Shown here: piece after piece, positions 52,240-64,000 of the stretch
How positions within the stretch are numbered: the stretch's first letter is position 1
Layout: each line of letters opens with the position of its first letter
From: Camelus ferus
Taxonomy: Eukaryota
Assembly (NCBI RefSeq): GCF_009834535.1
Contig: NC_045696.1
Coordinates: 101,806,001 to 101,870,000, forward strand
Length of the DNA: 64,000 nucleotides
Reading direction: 5' to 3'
The notes under the pieces: model-generated
What the model saw: only the letters and a program-made list of their open reading frames with translations
Database searches by the model: none
Told to the model about the DNA's origin: nothing
Translations under genes and position numbers: made by a program

Positions 52240-53910
52240 GTTTTATTAATATATAATTGACATACAGCACTGTATAACTTGAAGGTGTACAGCCTAATGA
52301 TTTGGCTTACAAATTTGCGAAATGATTATCACAACAAGTTTAGTTAACATCCATCATCTTGTAGAGATACCAAAAAAAAAAAAAAAGAAAAAAATTTTTA
52401 AATGTGTGATGAGAATTCTTAGGACTTACTCTCTCAACAACTTTTAAATATGCTATACAGTATAGTTAACTATAGTCATTATGTTGTGTATTATATCCTT
52501 ACTTATTTATCTTATAACTGGAAGTTTGTATCTTTGACCACTGTCATCCAATACCCCCCACACCTCCACCTCTGGTAACCACAAATCTTATCTCTTTTAG
52601 TATGAGTTTGTTTTTTGTTTTTGGTTTTATTGGGGGGGGCTCTATATATAAGTGAGATCATACAGTATTTGTCTTTCTCTGTTTGTCTTTTATCACTTAG
52701 CATAATGCCTTTAAGGTCCAATCATGTCACAAATGGCAATATTTCCTTCTTTTTATGACTGAATAATATTCCATCATATATGATATATGTATTTATGTAT
52801 ATATTATTTCTTACATATATTTTATATTACTTATTTTTATTATACATTAACTTTTTTATTTATTCATCAGTGGACACACTTTGGTTGTTTTCATGTCTTC
52901 ACTATTGTAAAAATGTTGCTATGAACATTGGGGTGCATATATATTTTAGCATTAGTGTTTTCAGGTACTTCAAATGTATTTCCAAAAGTGGAATTGCTAG
53001 ATCATATGGTAGTTCTTTTTTTTAATATTTTTGAGGAAACGGTATACTTTTATTCATAGTGTCTATACCAATTTACAATCCCTCCAACAGTGCACAAGTG
53101 TTCCCTTTTTTCTATATCCTCACCACCATTTGTTGTTTCTTGTCTTTTTGATGATAGCCATTTTAACAGGAGGTAATATCTCGTTGTTGTGATTTGCATT
53201 TCCCTGATGATTTGTGATGTTGAGCACCTCATCATGTAGCTGTTGGCCATTTGTATATCTTGTTTGGAAAAATATCTATTCAGGTCTTTTCCCCATTTTT
53301 TAGATTGGATTGTTTGTGTTTTTGCTGTTGAGTTGTATGAGTTCTTTGTATACTTTCGTTATTAGTCTCATCAAATATACAGTTTGCAAATACTTTTTCC
53401 CATTCTGTAGGTAGGCCTTTCACTTTGTTGATAATTTCTTTCGCTGTGCAGAAGCTTTTAAGTGATAAAGCCCCATTTGTTTCTTTGATTTTGTTGCTTG
53501 TGCTTTTAGGTGTCATAACAAAAAATTATTGCCAAGATCTATGTCAAGAAGTTTTTTTTTTATGTTTTCTTCTTGAAGTTTTATTGTTTCTGGTCTTATA
53601 TTGAAGTCTTTAATGCATTTCAAGTTAATTTTTGTGAGATGTGTAAGGCAGTGACCTAATTTCATTCTTTTGTAAGAGAATATCCAATTTTCCCAGCACC
53701 ATTTATTGAAGAGACTATCTTTTCTCCATTAAGTATTCTTGGCTCCCTTGTCAAATATTTCTTGGATTTATCTCTGGGTTCTCAATTCTGTTCTGTTAGT
53801 CAGTGTGTCTGTTTTTATGCCAGTATCATACTGTTTCAATTACTTTTGCTTTATAATATAGTTTGAAATCAGGAAGTCAGGCCTCCCACTTTGTTCTCCT
53901 TTCTCAGGAT
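52240..53910 (-). mobile_element. L1 (L1MA-type) ORF2 C-terminus + 3' UTR
   Basis: Minus-strand ORF remnants [69 protein letters not shown]. Confidence 0.9.
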
Positions 53911-55234
53911 AACTTCTGCTCTTTAAAACACACTGTTAAGGAAATAAAAAGACAAGCCATAGATTGTGAGAAAATGTTATATCTATCAAATTTATATATA
54001 TAATTATACATATATAATATATGTAATATACTTACATTATATTTTATATAAAACTGTATATATAAACAATATGTGAAAGTATAAGTAGTCAATAAAAACA
54101 TGAAAAATGTTCACTATCAATAGTCATCAGAAAAATACAAACTGAAATGCAGGTAAGTTACTACTACATACATACCCTTTCACATGACTAAGATGAAAAT
54201 AACTAGAAATAATAAGATTTGGCAAGAATATGAAGCAACAGAAACTCATGCTTTGCTGGTGGAATTGTGAATTAGTACAGCACTTTGGAAGGCTATTTAG
54301 CAGTTTCAACAACATGTTGTTTTAGAACATGTTTACACAAATAAGTCAGTATCAAGAAATAGCACCCAAATTTACCTTATTTCAAAAATAAAGAGAAAAT
54401 TGTATAGAAATTCATCTTAGTTACAATTAGTGCTAGAAGGGGATGCAATATTATTTACAGTTTTCTCAGGAAAAGAAGGACCATCCTAAGAATTTAATGC
54501 AAAACCAAATTATTGCACATGTTTAAAGCCAACAGACTTTTCAAGCCTATAAATATCGGAGGGTAAGTTATATTAATTTTAAAAAGAAAACTATTGAAAT
54601 TATTAGGAAGAAAATAAACAAGATTAAAACTAAACCAAATAAAAAAACAAAACCTTATAGCAAACTTAAAATTAAACATAAAACATAACAATTTGACAAA
54701 ACTAAGACCAAACATATCTATCAGATCAATAAATTTAAATGGAATAAACTTACCTAGTGAAAGAGGAAACTCTCAAATCAAATCACAAAGCAAAACCCAA
54801 GTATATAAACTATAGATTAAAGAGAATCTAAAACCAATCTAATTCAAAAAGTTTGAAAATTAATAGTTGGACACAGACATACCTGCGAATACCAATAAAA
54901 TGGAAATAGGGAATATTTGTGCATGTTTGTATGTACCAACGTTTTTGTTTTGTTTTTGTTTTTTGCAGAAATTGCTAGATGCTCATCAATCCCATTTCCC
55001 TTTCCGAATGGGAAGACTACTTTTCCTGAGCCAGATTGCAATATGGATATGGCCTTGTAACTGGATGCTGGACAAAGTAATGTGGTAGATAGGATACATC
55101 CACTTCCGGGCCTGACAATAAAATGTTTCATGTGGTCTTCCCACTTACTTGTCTTAGCCAGCTAAAAGCAAAAGATCTAACATAAAATTCTGAGAGGACC
55201 GTAGAAGATGACTTGAACTAACTTGTTTTTTCCT

Positions 55235-55321
<87 letters not shown>

Positions 55322-55372
55322 AACACACACACGCATACATACATATATATCTGTATATGTGTATGTATATAC
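55235..55372. repeat. Compound A-run/(AT)~30/(AC)n microsatellite
   Basis: Directly visible. Confidence 0.95.
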
Positions 55373-56619
55373 ATAGTTGATAGTTTATACTTATTCCTCT
55401 AGATAATATGGCCCTTCACACCAGAAGGTAGCATTTTTAGGGGTGATTTCCTTGTTCTGGGGCCTTGATCTGCTCAACTCTCAACCATGAGATATCCCTA
55501 AACTTCAGAGGAAAGGTGATATTGAAATATTGCTGGGTAGTGCAATGTAAAAACTGTTTTTATTTACCTACTTTCCACCATGTAAAAATTCTGAATCATC
55601 AAAGCCTTATTCATTTGATGAGAATGATTTCATTCCTAGCATATCCCTTCATATAAATAATTTATTTTTCTATGTTGTGTACTGACTCTTGGCATAGAGT
55701 TATGATTTTTTGTTATTCTAGCAGCTTATCTCTGCTTCTTCATGATCTTTTAGCTAATAACTGGTTTCTAACTCCTGATCACCACTTCTGTTGCTGAATA
55801 TATCTTTCTTGTTATTACCTCCTGGACCCACTTTTTGAATTTCTCCTTTGACCCAGATGCCATGATTTCCTTTCTCACAAAATGGAATTTTCTGTTTTTT
55901 CTCTTAAAGTGGTAAAGAATTTCTGGCTATGACATTTATAGATTTTTTTTGCAGAATATCTGATGGTTGTACCTAGTGATAAAGTGATGAATTATATTAA
56001 TGTATTAAAATATGTTTTGAGCTTAAATTAACACCACATTTTAGATTTCAGAGTCCAATTGAACTGCTCTAAAATACCAGCCTTAACGAAATCGCTGTTG
56101 ACAAAATGATGGATGTTATACTCCTTTAAAAGTTTCCTTATGGTATTAAAATTCCCCCCTGTTCCCTTCCCCCATCTGTCTGGAGTATCTGTACCTCCTT
56201 GGCCCAAGTCAAATATTTCTCTAGGAGTTTAGGCAACATAAATGACCTCCCCATCTTTTAGGCCCTTGATTCGTGTTAAGTTTTAAAGTACATCATTGGA
56301 TGGTAAATCATCCTCTGTTACGCTTATAAAACTGGCTTATAGTCTTCAATTCTACTTGCCAATTTTGTTCCATATCTAGAATCAGCCTATGGTTCTCTTA
56401 AAGCGGAAAAAAAAAAGATGCTTTGTTGTGGAAAGCATAAACATTTCTTTCACTTAAAGACTGTATACTACCTGATTCAATTTACCTTCTTGTTCCTTCT
56501 TAACTGCTTCTGAAAGACAGGAGACACAGCCCCTTAGCTAATAGTTCCTAGAAAATAATAAATCTTTCTAAATAAGTGCTGTGCCTTGTTAAATCTAGAG
56601 GATTTATTAAAACAATGGC

Positions 56620-56885
56620 TGTCTCACTCTTCTAAGGCTGCCATAATAAATTACCACAATCTAGGTGGCTTATAAAAATAATCCCAAAATCTATTGTCTC
56701 ACAGCTTTAGAGACTAGAAGTTCAAAATCAAGGTGTCTGCAAGGCTGTGCTCTCTCTGAAACTTATAGGGAGATCCTCCCTTGCCTCTTCCTAGCTTCTG
56801 GTAATTTGCAGCAGTTTTTGGCATTCTTTGGCTTGCAGATGCGTTACTCCAGTTCTGTCTTCACATGGTGTTCTACCTGTGCCTC
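56620..56885 (-). mobile_element. MaLR LTR fragment (MLT1C-like)
   Basis: ggctgccataataaattaccacaatctaggtggctta...tctcacagctttagagactagaagttcaaaatcaaggtgtc. Confidence 0.75.
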
Positions 56886-57639
56886 CTGTTGGAAGCATTC
56901 CTCCCTTTGAAACTCAGACCTCTAGATCAGAGTGTAAGATTGCAAGTACACGAAGCAAAAGTTTTGCTAGTGGATCACTAAGAGTAACAGTGAGTGATGC
57001 TACTCCCATATTCTCCAGGAGGCTGTGTCTAAATCAGCACCCAGTATATGATATTGTTTCTTCCATAGCCAGAATTCACAGGTCCAGGGATCAGGGGTAG
57101 AAAAATGGAAATGAATCCTGTTGCTGTTTAATACAACTATTTCCATACTCTAAAACTTGACCAATGGTAGTGTTTTGCTGATTACTTAAAATTAACTTTC
57201 TTAAAAAAACTTTTAGCAATATACATAGTCACTAATATAAACACATTAAAAAGTACTTATGGATTGCTCATATATTAAAGTATGTGAAAAAATTTTAAGA
57301 AAAAAAGCAGTTACAGCTGAAAATTATCATTTCTTAGTCATGAGGTTTTTTTTAGTTATAGTTTTAAAAGGCCTCATGCATCATCCAATATAATTTCACA
57401 ATTACTTCTTGTGCTGATCCCTGGGATATTTAAAAAGTTGTGGAGGCAGTGTTTCCTTTTATGTACATTTTCTGTAGTAAATGTTTGTAAGTCATCAGGC
57501 GCCAATGTAGTTTAGAAGGTCTCAGGTACAACTCCTAGAGAAAGTAATTCACTTTGAAAGAAAATGACCACGCCACTTTGTTTAAACAGACCTAGTGTGT
57601 TAAACTTGAGGAAAAAGGTACACTTTCATGTATAGATGA

Positions 57640-58560
57640 TGATTTAACTTATATTTGCAGCCTTGATTGCTTCTCTGAGCTCCTAATACACTTACCTGCC
57701 ATAACGACCTATCCACGGGGAAGCCCCTCAAACTTAACGTCGCCCTACCAGAACCCTTGTGTCTGCCCTTTATCCCCATCTTAGTAGATAGCTAAAATCC
57801 AAGACATTCTTATTTTCTCTTTCCTTTACACTTTACATCCAATCTGTCTGCAAGAACTGTTGGATTTATTTAAAAAATATATCCTAAGCCTGACCACTTC
57901 TTGAAACCTCCACTGCTACCACCCTAGTCTAACTCACCATCGTCTCTTACCTGAACACTGCAGTAGTCTCCTAAATTTCTGCCTGCTTCTACCAGACCAT
58001 TACCTACCATCCAGTTTCTATATGGAAACCAGAGTGATATTTTTACAATGTAAAGTAGACCATATATGTTGCCCTACAGCCCAGAATACGGCTCAATGTC
58101 TTTACTTTGGCCTAAGGACCTACATACCCTTCTGTCTGGCCTAATCTTATACTACTCTCCCCTTCCTGTCACTCCAGCTACACGATCCTTCCAAATCTTC
58201 CTACAAATACACCAAGTTTGCTCTAGCTTCAGGGCCTTCCTACTTGCCATTTCTTTTATCTTTCACTGGATAACTTTGCAGATTCAATCCTTCACCTCTT
58301 TCAGTTGTCTGGTCAAATGTCCCCTGAGAAGTTTTTCCTGATTGCTCTAAAATGCCACCCTTTCCCACTGCTTAATACTTTTTGACTCCTTGATTATTTT
58401 TCTTCATAGGACGTGTTTATTTTTTGTCTCCATCTTGATTGTCTGTCTCTCCTGCAGGAATAGGAGCTTTGTCTTTTTTCATGGCTTTATCCTCAGTGCC
58501 TGGTACAATGTCCAATGCTTAGACAGAAATAAGTATTTTTGAATGAATGGATGAATGAAT
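57640..58560 (+). mobile_element. L2 3' fragment
   Basis: cacctccactgctaccaccctagtc-like core. Ends cagtgcctggtacaat...gtatttttgaatgaatggatgaatgaat. Confidence 0.75.
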
Positions 58561-58794
58561 TTACTTAAGTATTCATACCTTAAAAATTGAGGCAAAATAG
58601 TTTAATTTAAAAATGCATAATGCTAGCTTAAAAAAAGAGTTGTATTACTTTGGAAAAATCTCAATCAGTTAAAATTGTTTGGAATTTGCTTCTCTGAAGA
58701 GAGTTGATGTTCTGAGTGAATCAAGCATTAATGGGTACACCTGGTGGCAGGTGCAGGCATTGCAGAATAAGGACTAAAAACTTAATTTGTCTCG

Positions 58795-58977
58795 AATGGG
58801 CCCCAAATTTGGCCATACATTAGAATCATCTGGGGAGATTATAAAAGTCTAATGACCAGGATAGACCACAAAAAAAGTAATTCAGAATCTTTAAGAGTTG
58901 TATCTAGGGCTCCATTAACATGTTTTAAAAAGTTCCTAAGCTGATTACAATGGACAACCAATAATGAGAACCATTGA
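58795..58977. mobile_element. MER5A-like hAT element
   Basis: cattagaatcatctggggag...aattcagaatct...ttttaaaagttcctaagctgatt...tgagaaccattg. Confidence 0.6.
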
Positions 58978-59152
58978 TCTATGAAGTAAGGGGTTTTTGT
59001 AAAACTATCCTCCATGCTGACAATAGTATAGGAAGTATTCAAATACCTGTTAAATGAATTAATGAGTAAGTGAATGAATGAATGGCTGAATGTAAAGGAT
59101 GTTGATAGCCAACTGAACTCTTGGAAACCATACAAATGGCTCGGTCTACCCA

Positions 59153-59341
59153 TAGGGTTGCCAGATTTAGCAAATAAAAATACAGGATTCTCATTTAAAC
59201 TTGAAATTGAGATGAACAAGGAACTTTTTTCAGTAATCCATGTTCCAAATATTGTAAGGGGCATACTTATACTTAAAAATGTACTTATTGTTTGCCTGAA
59301 ATTGAAATTTAACTGGCATTCCCTGTTTTATGTGGCAACCC
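59153..59341. mobile_element. MER53-like hAT MITE
   Basis: TIRs agggttgccaga / atgtggcaaccc. Internal tttagcaaataaaaatacagga. Confidence 0.75.
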
Positions 59342-59926
59342 AATCTACTGATGAGGCAAGAGTTAAGGTTCTCTTGTAAAAATCATTGTGTTATTAAAAT
59401 ATTTAAAGCAATTCACTGTTAAAATGGTAATTTAATCTCTTCTATCTTCAGCTATAAAAAGCTACCATAAAAATAGTCTATTATCCTTAGGAATAAATTT
59501 AATTTTGCATTTTTAAAGTATTAATAGAAAAAGTATAAAAATTAGGTGAGTTCTGCATTATAGGTTTTCCAAGAGAACTTCAAATTTAAATACTTCAGTA
59601 TCTACTTTCAAGCTATCAAATCTTGTACCCTAGAGTAAGAAAAGCATAATTCAAACTGTTTTTAAGACCTATGAGATACACTCATAACCTCTGAGAATGT
59701 TCTCCTCATGTCCCTAGAAGTGTGAGAAAGGCAAGACTCCCTCTGGCTATAAGCCTTTATTTCTCCCTGGTTACTTTCTGCTCATTATACTGACCAGCAA
59801 AAACTAGGATTAAACAGTAATAATGAATAATACTTGACTTTAATTCCGGAAAAAGAAAATGATTGAAACAAATCAGTTGAATAATTGGTCATGCAAGCCG
59901 AAGTATCAAGATACTGCCTTTTTCTT

Positions 59927-60319
59927 TTTAAAAAATTTTTATTGAAGTGTAGTTGATTTATGATGTTAGTTTCAGGTGTACAGTAAAGTGATTCAGTTAT
60001 ACATATACATACATATATATGTTGTCTTTTCAGATTCTTTTCCATTATTTGTTATTGAAAGAAATTGAATATAGTTCCCTGTACTATACAATAGGTCCTT
60101 GTTTATATATTTTATATACAGTAATGTGTGTCTGTTAATCTCCAACCCCTAATTTTTCCCTCCCTGCCCTTTCCCCTTTGGTAAACATAGTTTGTTTTCT
60201 ATGTCTATAAGTCTATTTTTGGTTTGTAAATAGTATTTCTGTATTTTTTTAGATTCCACATATAAATGATATCATATGATATTTGTCTTTCTTTGTCTGA
60301 CATTTCACTCAATAGGATA
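59927..60319 (-). mobile_element. Short lineage-specific L1 3' end with TSD
   Basis: tttttattgaagtgtagttgattt...gaatatagttccctgtactatacaataggtcc. Flanks actgcctttttctt (59913-59926) / actgccttttttctt (60320-60334). Confidence 0.85.
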
Positions 60320-61509
60320 ACTGCCTTTTTTCTTAAAGGATCCACTAAAGTTCCAATCCTTTGCAAATGGCAGATAAACACCTTTCCACCACCAGGTGGC
60401 ATACTCATATGTTCAGAAATTAATGAGTGGATGATCAAAAGAGGGATCAATTATGGTTCATTATCTATCTGTGGAAAGAATAGAATGATGAAAAGGCAAA
60501 ACAGAAAAGCCTGTTAACATTTCTAATGCTTTCTGTCCCCAGCGGAATTGCACAGAATGGACTGGTTTCTATGCTTCCTGCAGAATTTGCAGGAAATTGT
60601 TCCCTGAGAGTTAGATGGTCAGAATTTTTTGATTTTATTGGAACACTGTCTTTTATTGTTTGAAGACATCTTCTTCAAAACTTGTCTAAATGTTGTAATA
60701 AAAATTAAATTTTTGTAGGAATTTTCCTGGATATATGCCATTTCTTAGCAGACATGTTAGCAGCCCATTCCTAAATCTACTGATAAGTGGAAAAAAACAA
60801 ACATCAAAAGAGGAAAAGGTCTATTTAGACAGAAGTTTTAATCCATTTATCCCGTAAGTCTGAGTCTATTTCAACAAGAAAAATGTGGAAATGTCAGGCA
60901 AGCTATATATTTTCTACATATCACTCTGGCTGACAATCTGTGGTAAAGATACAAGAACATGGAAACTCAAATTGATTTTTCTGACATGGAGTGCATCTGG
61001 CACTATGCTTTTTCATAAACATTACTGCACCTTTCTTTCTCAGAGCTTGAGATGACAATTGTTGGCTTTGTCATTTTTCAGCAACACACTAAGATAGCTG
61101 ATGCAGACATGAACATAGCTTTAGAGTATAAAATTACAAGCTTTTTTTTGAGGAGGAGGGAATATTTAAAGTTTTGTTCCTAGAAAGATTGTCCTGGGAA
61201 AGTCGATACAGGTGTGGAATGCTTAGCTGTATTTTGACTTTTAGAAGTCGTCCTCATACTTACTTTGCAATTTGGTACAAAAGTAGATGCTCTCAGTTCA
61301 AAAGGTTGTCCATGAAACTATTTGATTTCCTAACTACATTTGTCAACTTTCAAACATAATGCATAGATGTATTTTTTTTCTTTAGTGAATTGATTTTAAG
61401 TTTATTTTTTAAGCTGATACCTATGGTAATAATTATGATAGTAGCTAATTTTTGCTGAGGTATTATAGAAAAAGTTAAAGGCAATGACCTTGCAAAGTTT
61501 TCTTCCTGG

Positions 61510-61830
61510 GTTTTGACCCCAGCTCTGTCTCTTATTAGCTATGTAATTTTAGCAAACTATGTAACCTCTCTAAACTTTAAGAGAAAATAAATGCCAAGTC
61601 ACCAGCATGTAGTAGGCAGTAGATGGTTGGTAGCTGCTCTTTTAAGGATAGAATTTGTAAACTGGAAGTTAACATTTCAATTAACTCATCTCTGAATTAG
61701 AGATTATAGCATACCTACCTTTATGGCTTTTGTGAGGATTAAATGATGTAAAGTGTATGACATACTGAGTTTACTGGTTGGCATATAGTAAGCAAGTCAA
61801 TAAATGGGAGCCATTGTTTTATTATTCTTG
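61510..61830 (+). mobile_element. MIR fragments
   Basis: cccagctctgtctcttattagctatgtaatt...gtaacctctct and ttgtgaggattaaatgatgt...ggcatatagtaagcaagtcaataaatg. Confidence 0.65.
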
Positions 61831-62717
61831 TTCAGGCACCATATGTACTACATTGCTAATAAAAATATTATCCCTGTTTTACTGAGTAGAAACTTAAGCC
61901 CAAACAGCCTAAAAGGAATTTGGTCCAGGAGTCAAACCCTAGTCTGGCTTCAAAGACTGAGATCCTTTCCTGACAATCTATTTGACTCTAACCAATGGCC
62001 ATTCCGACATCAAAAGGGCTGACATTGAGGGACCAAGGAACAAGTTTTATTTCTTTAATTGTTCAGAGATGGGACACTCCTCAAACCATTTTGCTAATAC
62101 CCTACTGTATAATAACTGAAAAATACATTAAGTTTTGAGGACTTTTAAAGAAACATTATAATGATATTATCTTTTATCATTCAGGCAATAAGATTACAGA
62201 TTTCATAACTAAATAAAAAATAAAGGGAAAAAAGGCAATATCATATTCTTTGAATTCTCTAAAGTCTCTGATAGAATTATATACTTCTTTGTACTTTTTG
62301 GTGTACTTTTAAAAAGCAAGAAATCTGATATTTAAAATTAGAATTATTTTGTACAAAGATGTTACATGAAATTATTATTTTTACCTCTAATGCTTAGTTT
62401 CTACCTCTAGTGTTTACAAAATGCACCTGGCTAAATATAAACCAGTCAATCAGTTGGCGTTCCAGATGTCTTGGGAAATATCCAGATGTTTGTGATCTTA
62501 AAAAAAGGATATTTTCAAAACAAACATTTTATTTTCCCACTTTTCAGCTTCATGTGCTAGCCTAGCTATTACACAGACTGAACTACAATTTGCTTTTTAG
62601 TGTAAAATAAACCGAATCTTTTCACAGAGAAAATTCAATTTCAAAAATATAAACTTTAAGTCACTTTGGAAACATTTTAGAACATTAGAATGGAAAGAAA
62701 AATAAGGACTGTCAAAC

Positions 62718-62898
62718 CAGGGATTGGTGCACTTTTTCTGTCAAAGTCCAGATAGTAAATATTTTATAGGCTTTGCAAATCTAAAATCACCCTTCGAACT
62801 ACTCAACTCTGCCTTTGTAGAGTTGATAGGCATGGCTGGATTCCAATAAAGCTTTATTTACCAAAACATGCAATAGTGGGCTGCATTTGTTTGACCTG
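62718..62898. mobile_element. MER58-like hAT MITE
   Basis: cagggattgg...ctttttctgtcaaagtccagatagtaaatatttt...actactcaactctgcc...ccaataaagctttatttac. Confidence 0.7.
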
Positions 62899-64000
62899 GG
62901 TCTAAACACACTGTAAATACCAGATATATCCTGTTTTGGATAACAAGTAAACATCTGTCAACATAAATTAGGACAAGAAATTTCAATATGATAGCGCTTA
63001 TCACTACTTAATCGGCCTTGAAGATGTGCTAATTATGCTTCATGTGCCCCAACTTCCTTCTCTGCCCTCCTCTGTGTCCTGGGAAGCTGACCTTAACAGA
63101 CAATATCACCCTTGGACATTGGGGTTACACTAGTAGGAGATGAGAAGCTGAAAGGAGGGAGAAACTGTTTCAACTTTGGAGTGCCTCACCCAGACATAGA
63201 TACTTAACTGCCTACCAAACCTGGACTGCCATGTTCTAAGGGAAACCATACTGTGCAGAAATCTTTCCTCTCTCCTCCAAATTAAAGTGTATTGCTTCTA
63301 TATGTATTCTCTAAGGGCAAGCTTCTGGCCGATTCTCACTTAAAAAACAGCTCATAAGCCTGCTAAGTGTTAACTAACCGTGAGGAGGGACTTCTCTTTA
63401 TTAGAGAACTCCAAGAAATACCTTAAAAAGTAAATAAAGAAGGATTTTATAAAAATAGTACCAGAAGCTACCTTGTGGAAAATGAGGGCAAAAGAGCCAT
63501 TATGGCAATTCCTACCGTAGAGAAAATTCATAATCCATATAGTTAATCTTGATACTGGCAATGAAACAAGATTTGGGGGCACAGGTTTGTGTATTATGTC
63601 ATCAAATGCTGTTAGGGCTTAACAAGTGGTGTGGTATTTATTCATGTTTGATACCATCTTAACTAGTATTATAGAGATATTTTAAATTACTCTCAATTGT
63701 CAGATGTTAGGATATCCATGATATAATTGAGAAATGATGGAATAGAACTAAAGTGGTGATTTTTTTTCATGATATCTTAATGACAATTAGAAATATTACT
63801 GGTTTAACTAGCTGTGTGTCTATGAAGAATCTACTGTTGGAAAAAAATCACTTTAGAACTCTGTTAATTAGCCATTTGTACTTTTCTAATTCCTGAAGTC
63901 TGCTTCCTGGAACCCTAATCGTATGAGACTCTGTAAAAGAGTTATATTATAATCTGTTCTTAAAGGATCACAGTGCACAGGAGCAGATTGAAACCTCTGG

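Larger units (their letters stand above)
42000..54850 (+). mobile_element. Large mosaic of old L1M fragments (5'/ORF1-like and ORF2 EN/RT remnants) interrupted by younger insertions
   Basis: A-rich L1 ORF remnants, e.g. aaagggatcaattcaccaagaggaca-like at ~49925, taaaccaatatccctcatgaacataga at ~51180, aaaagacaagccatagattgtgagaaaa at ~53947. All frames are broken. Confidence 0.7.

Overview
Mammalian genomic DNA: AT-rich and repeat-laden, with one CpG island. It is not prokaryotic. The only protein-coding gene I can support is DIPK2A (C3orf58/DIA1/GoPro49/HASF, FAM69-related divergent protein kinase domain 2A) on the minus strand. Its three coding exons (30431-29775, 15909-15606, 12700-12369) have canonical GT-AG junctions and sum to 1293 nt = 430 aa + stop. 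It has a CpG-island promoter (~29.4-31.9 kb) and a ~2.5 kb AU-rich 3' UTR. The rest is intronic or intergenic DNA full of L1, L2, MIR, ERV/MaLR LTR and DNA-transposon fossils. Repeat family names come from my recollection of consensus sequences and need RepeatMasker/Dfam confirmation. The young L1 3' ends look cetartiodactyl, possibly camelid (inference). I found no credible new multi-gene system. The most interesting structures are retrotransposition signatures readable from target-site duplications: a probable L1 3' transduction of ~720 bp of foreign sequence, a 3'-truncated L1 in DIPK2A intron 1, a 5'-inverted (twin-primed) L1, and a nested LTR-in-LTR. There are also candidate regulatory features of DIPK2A.
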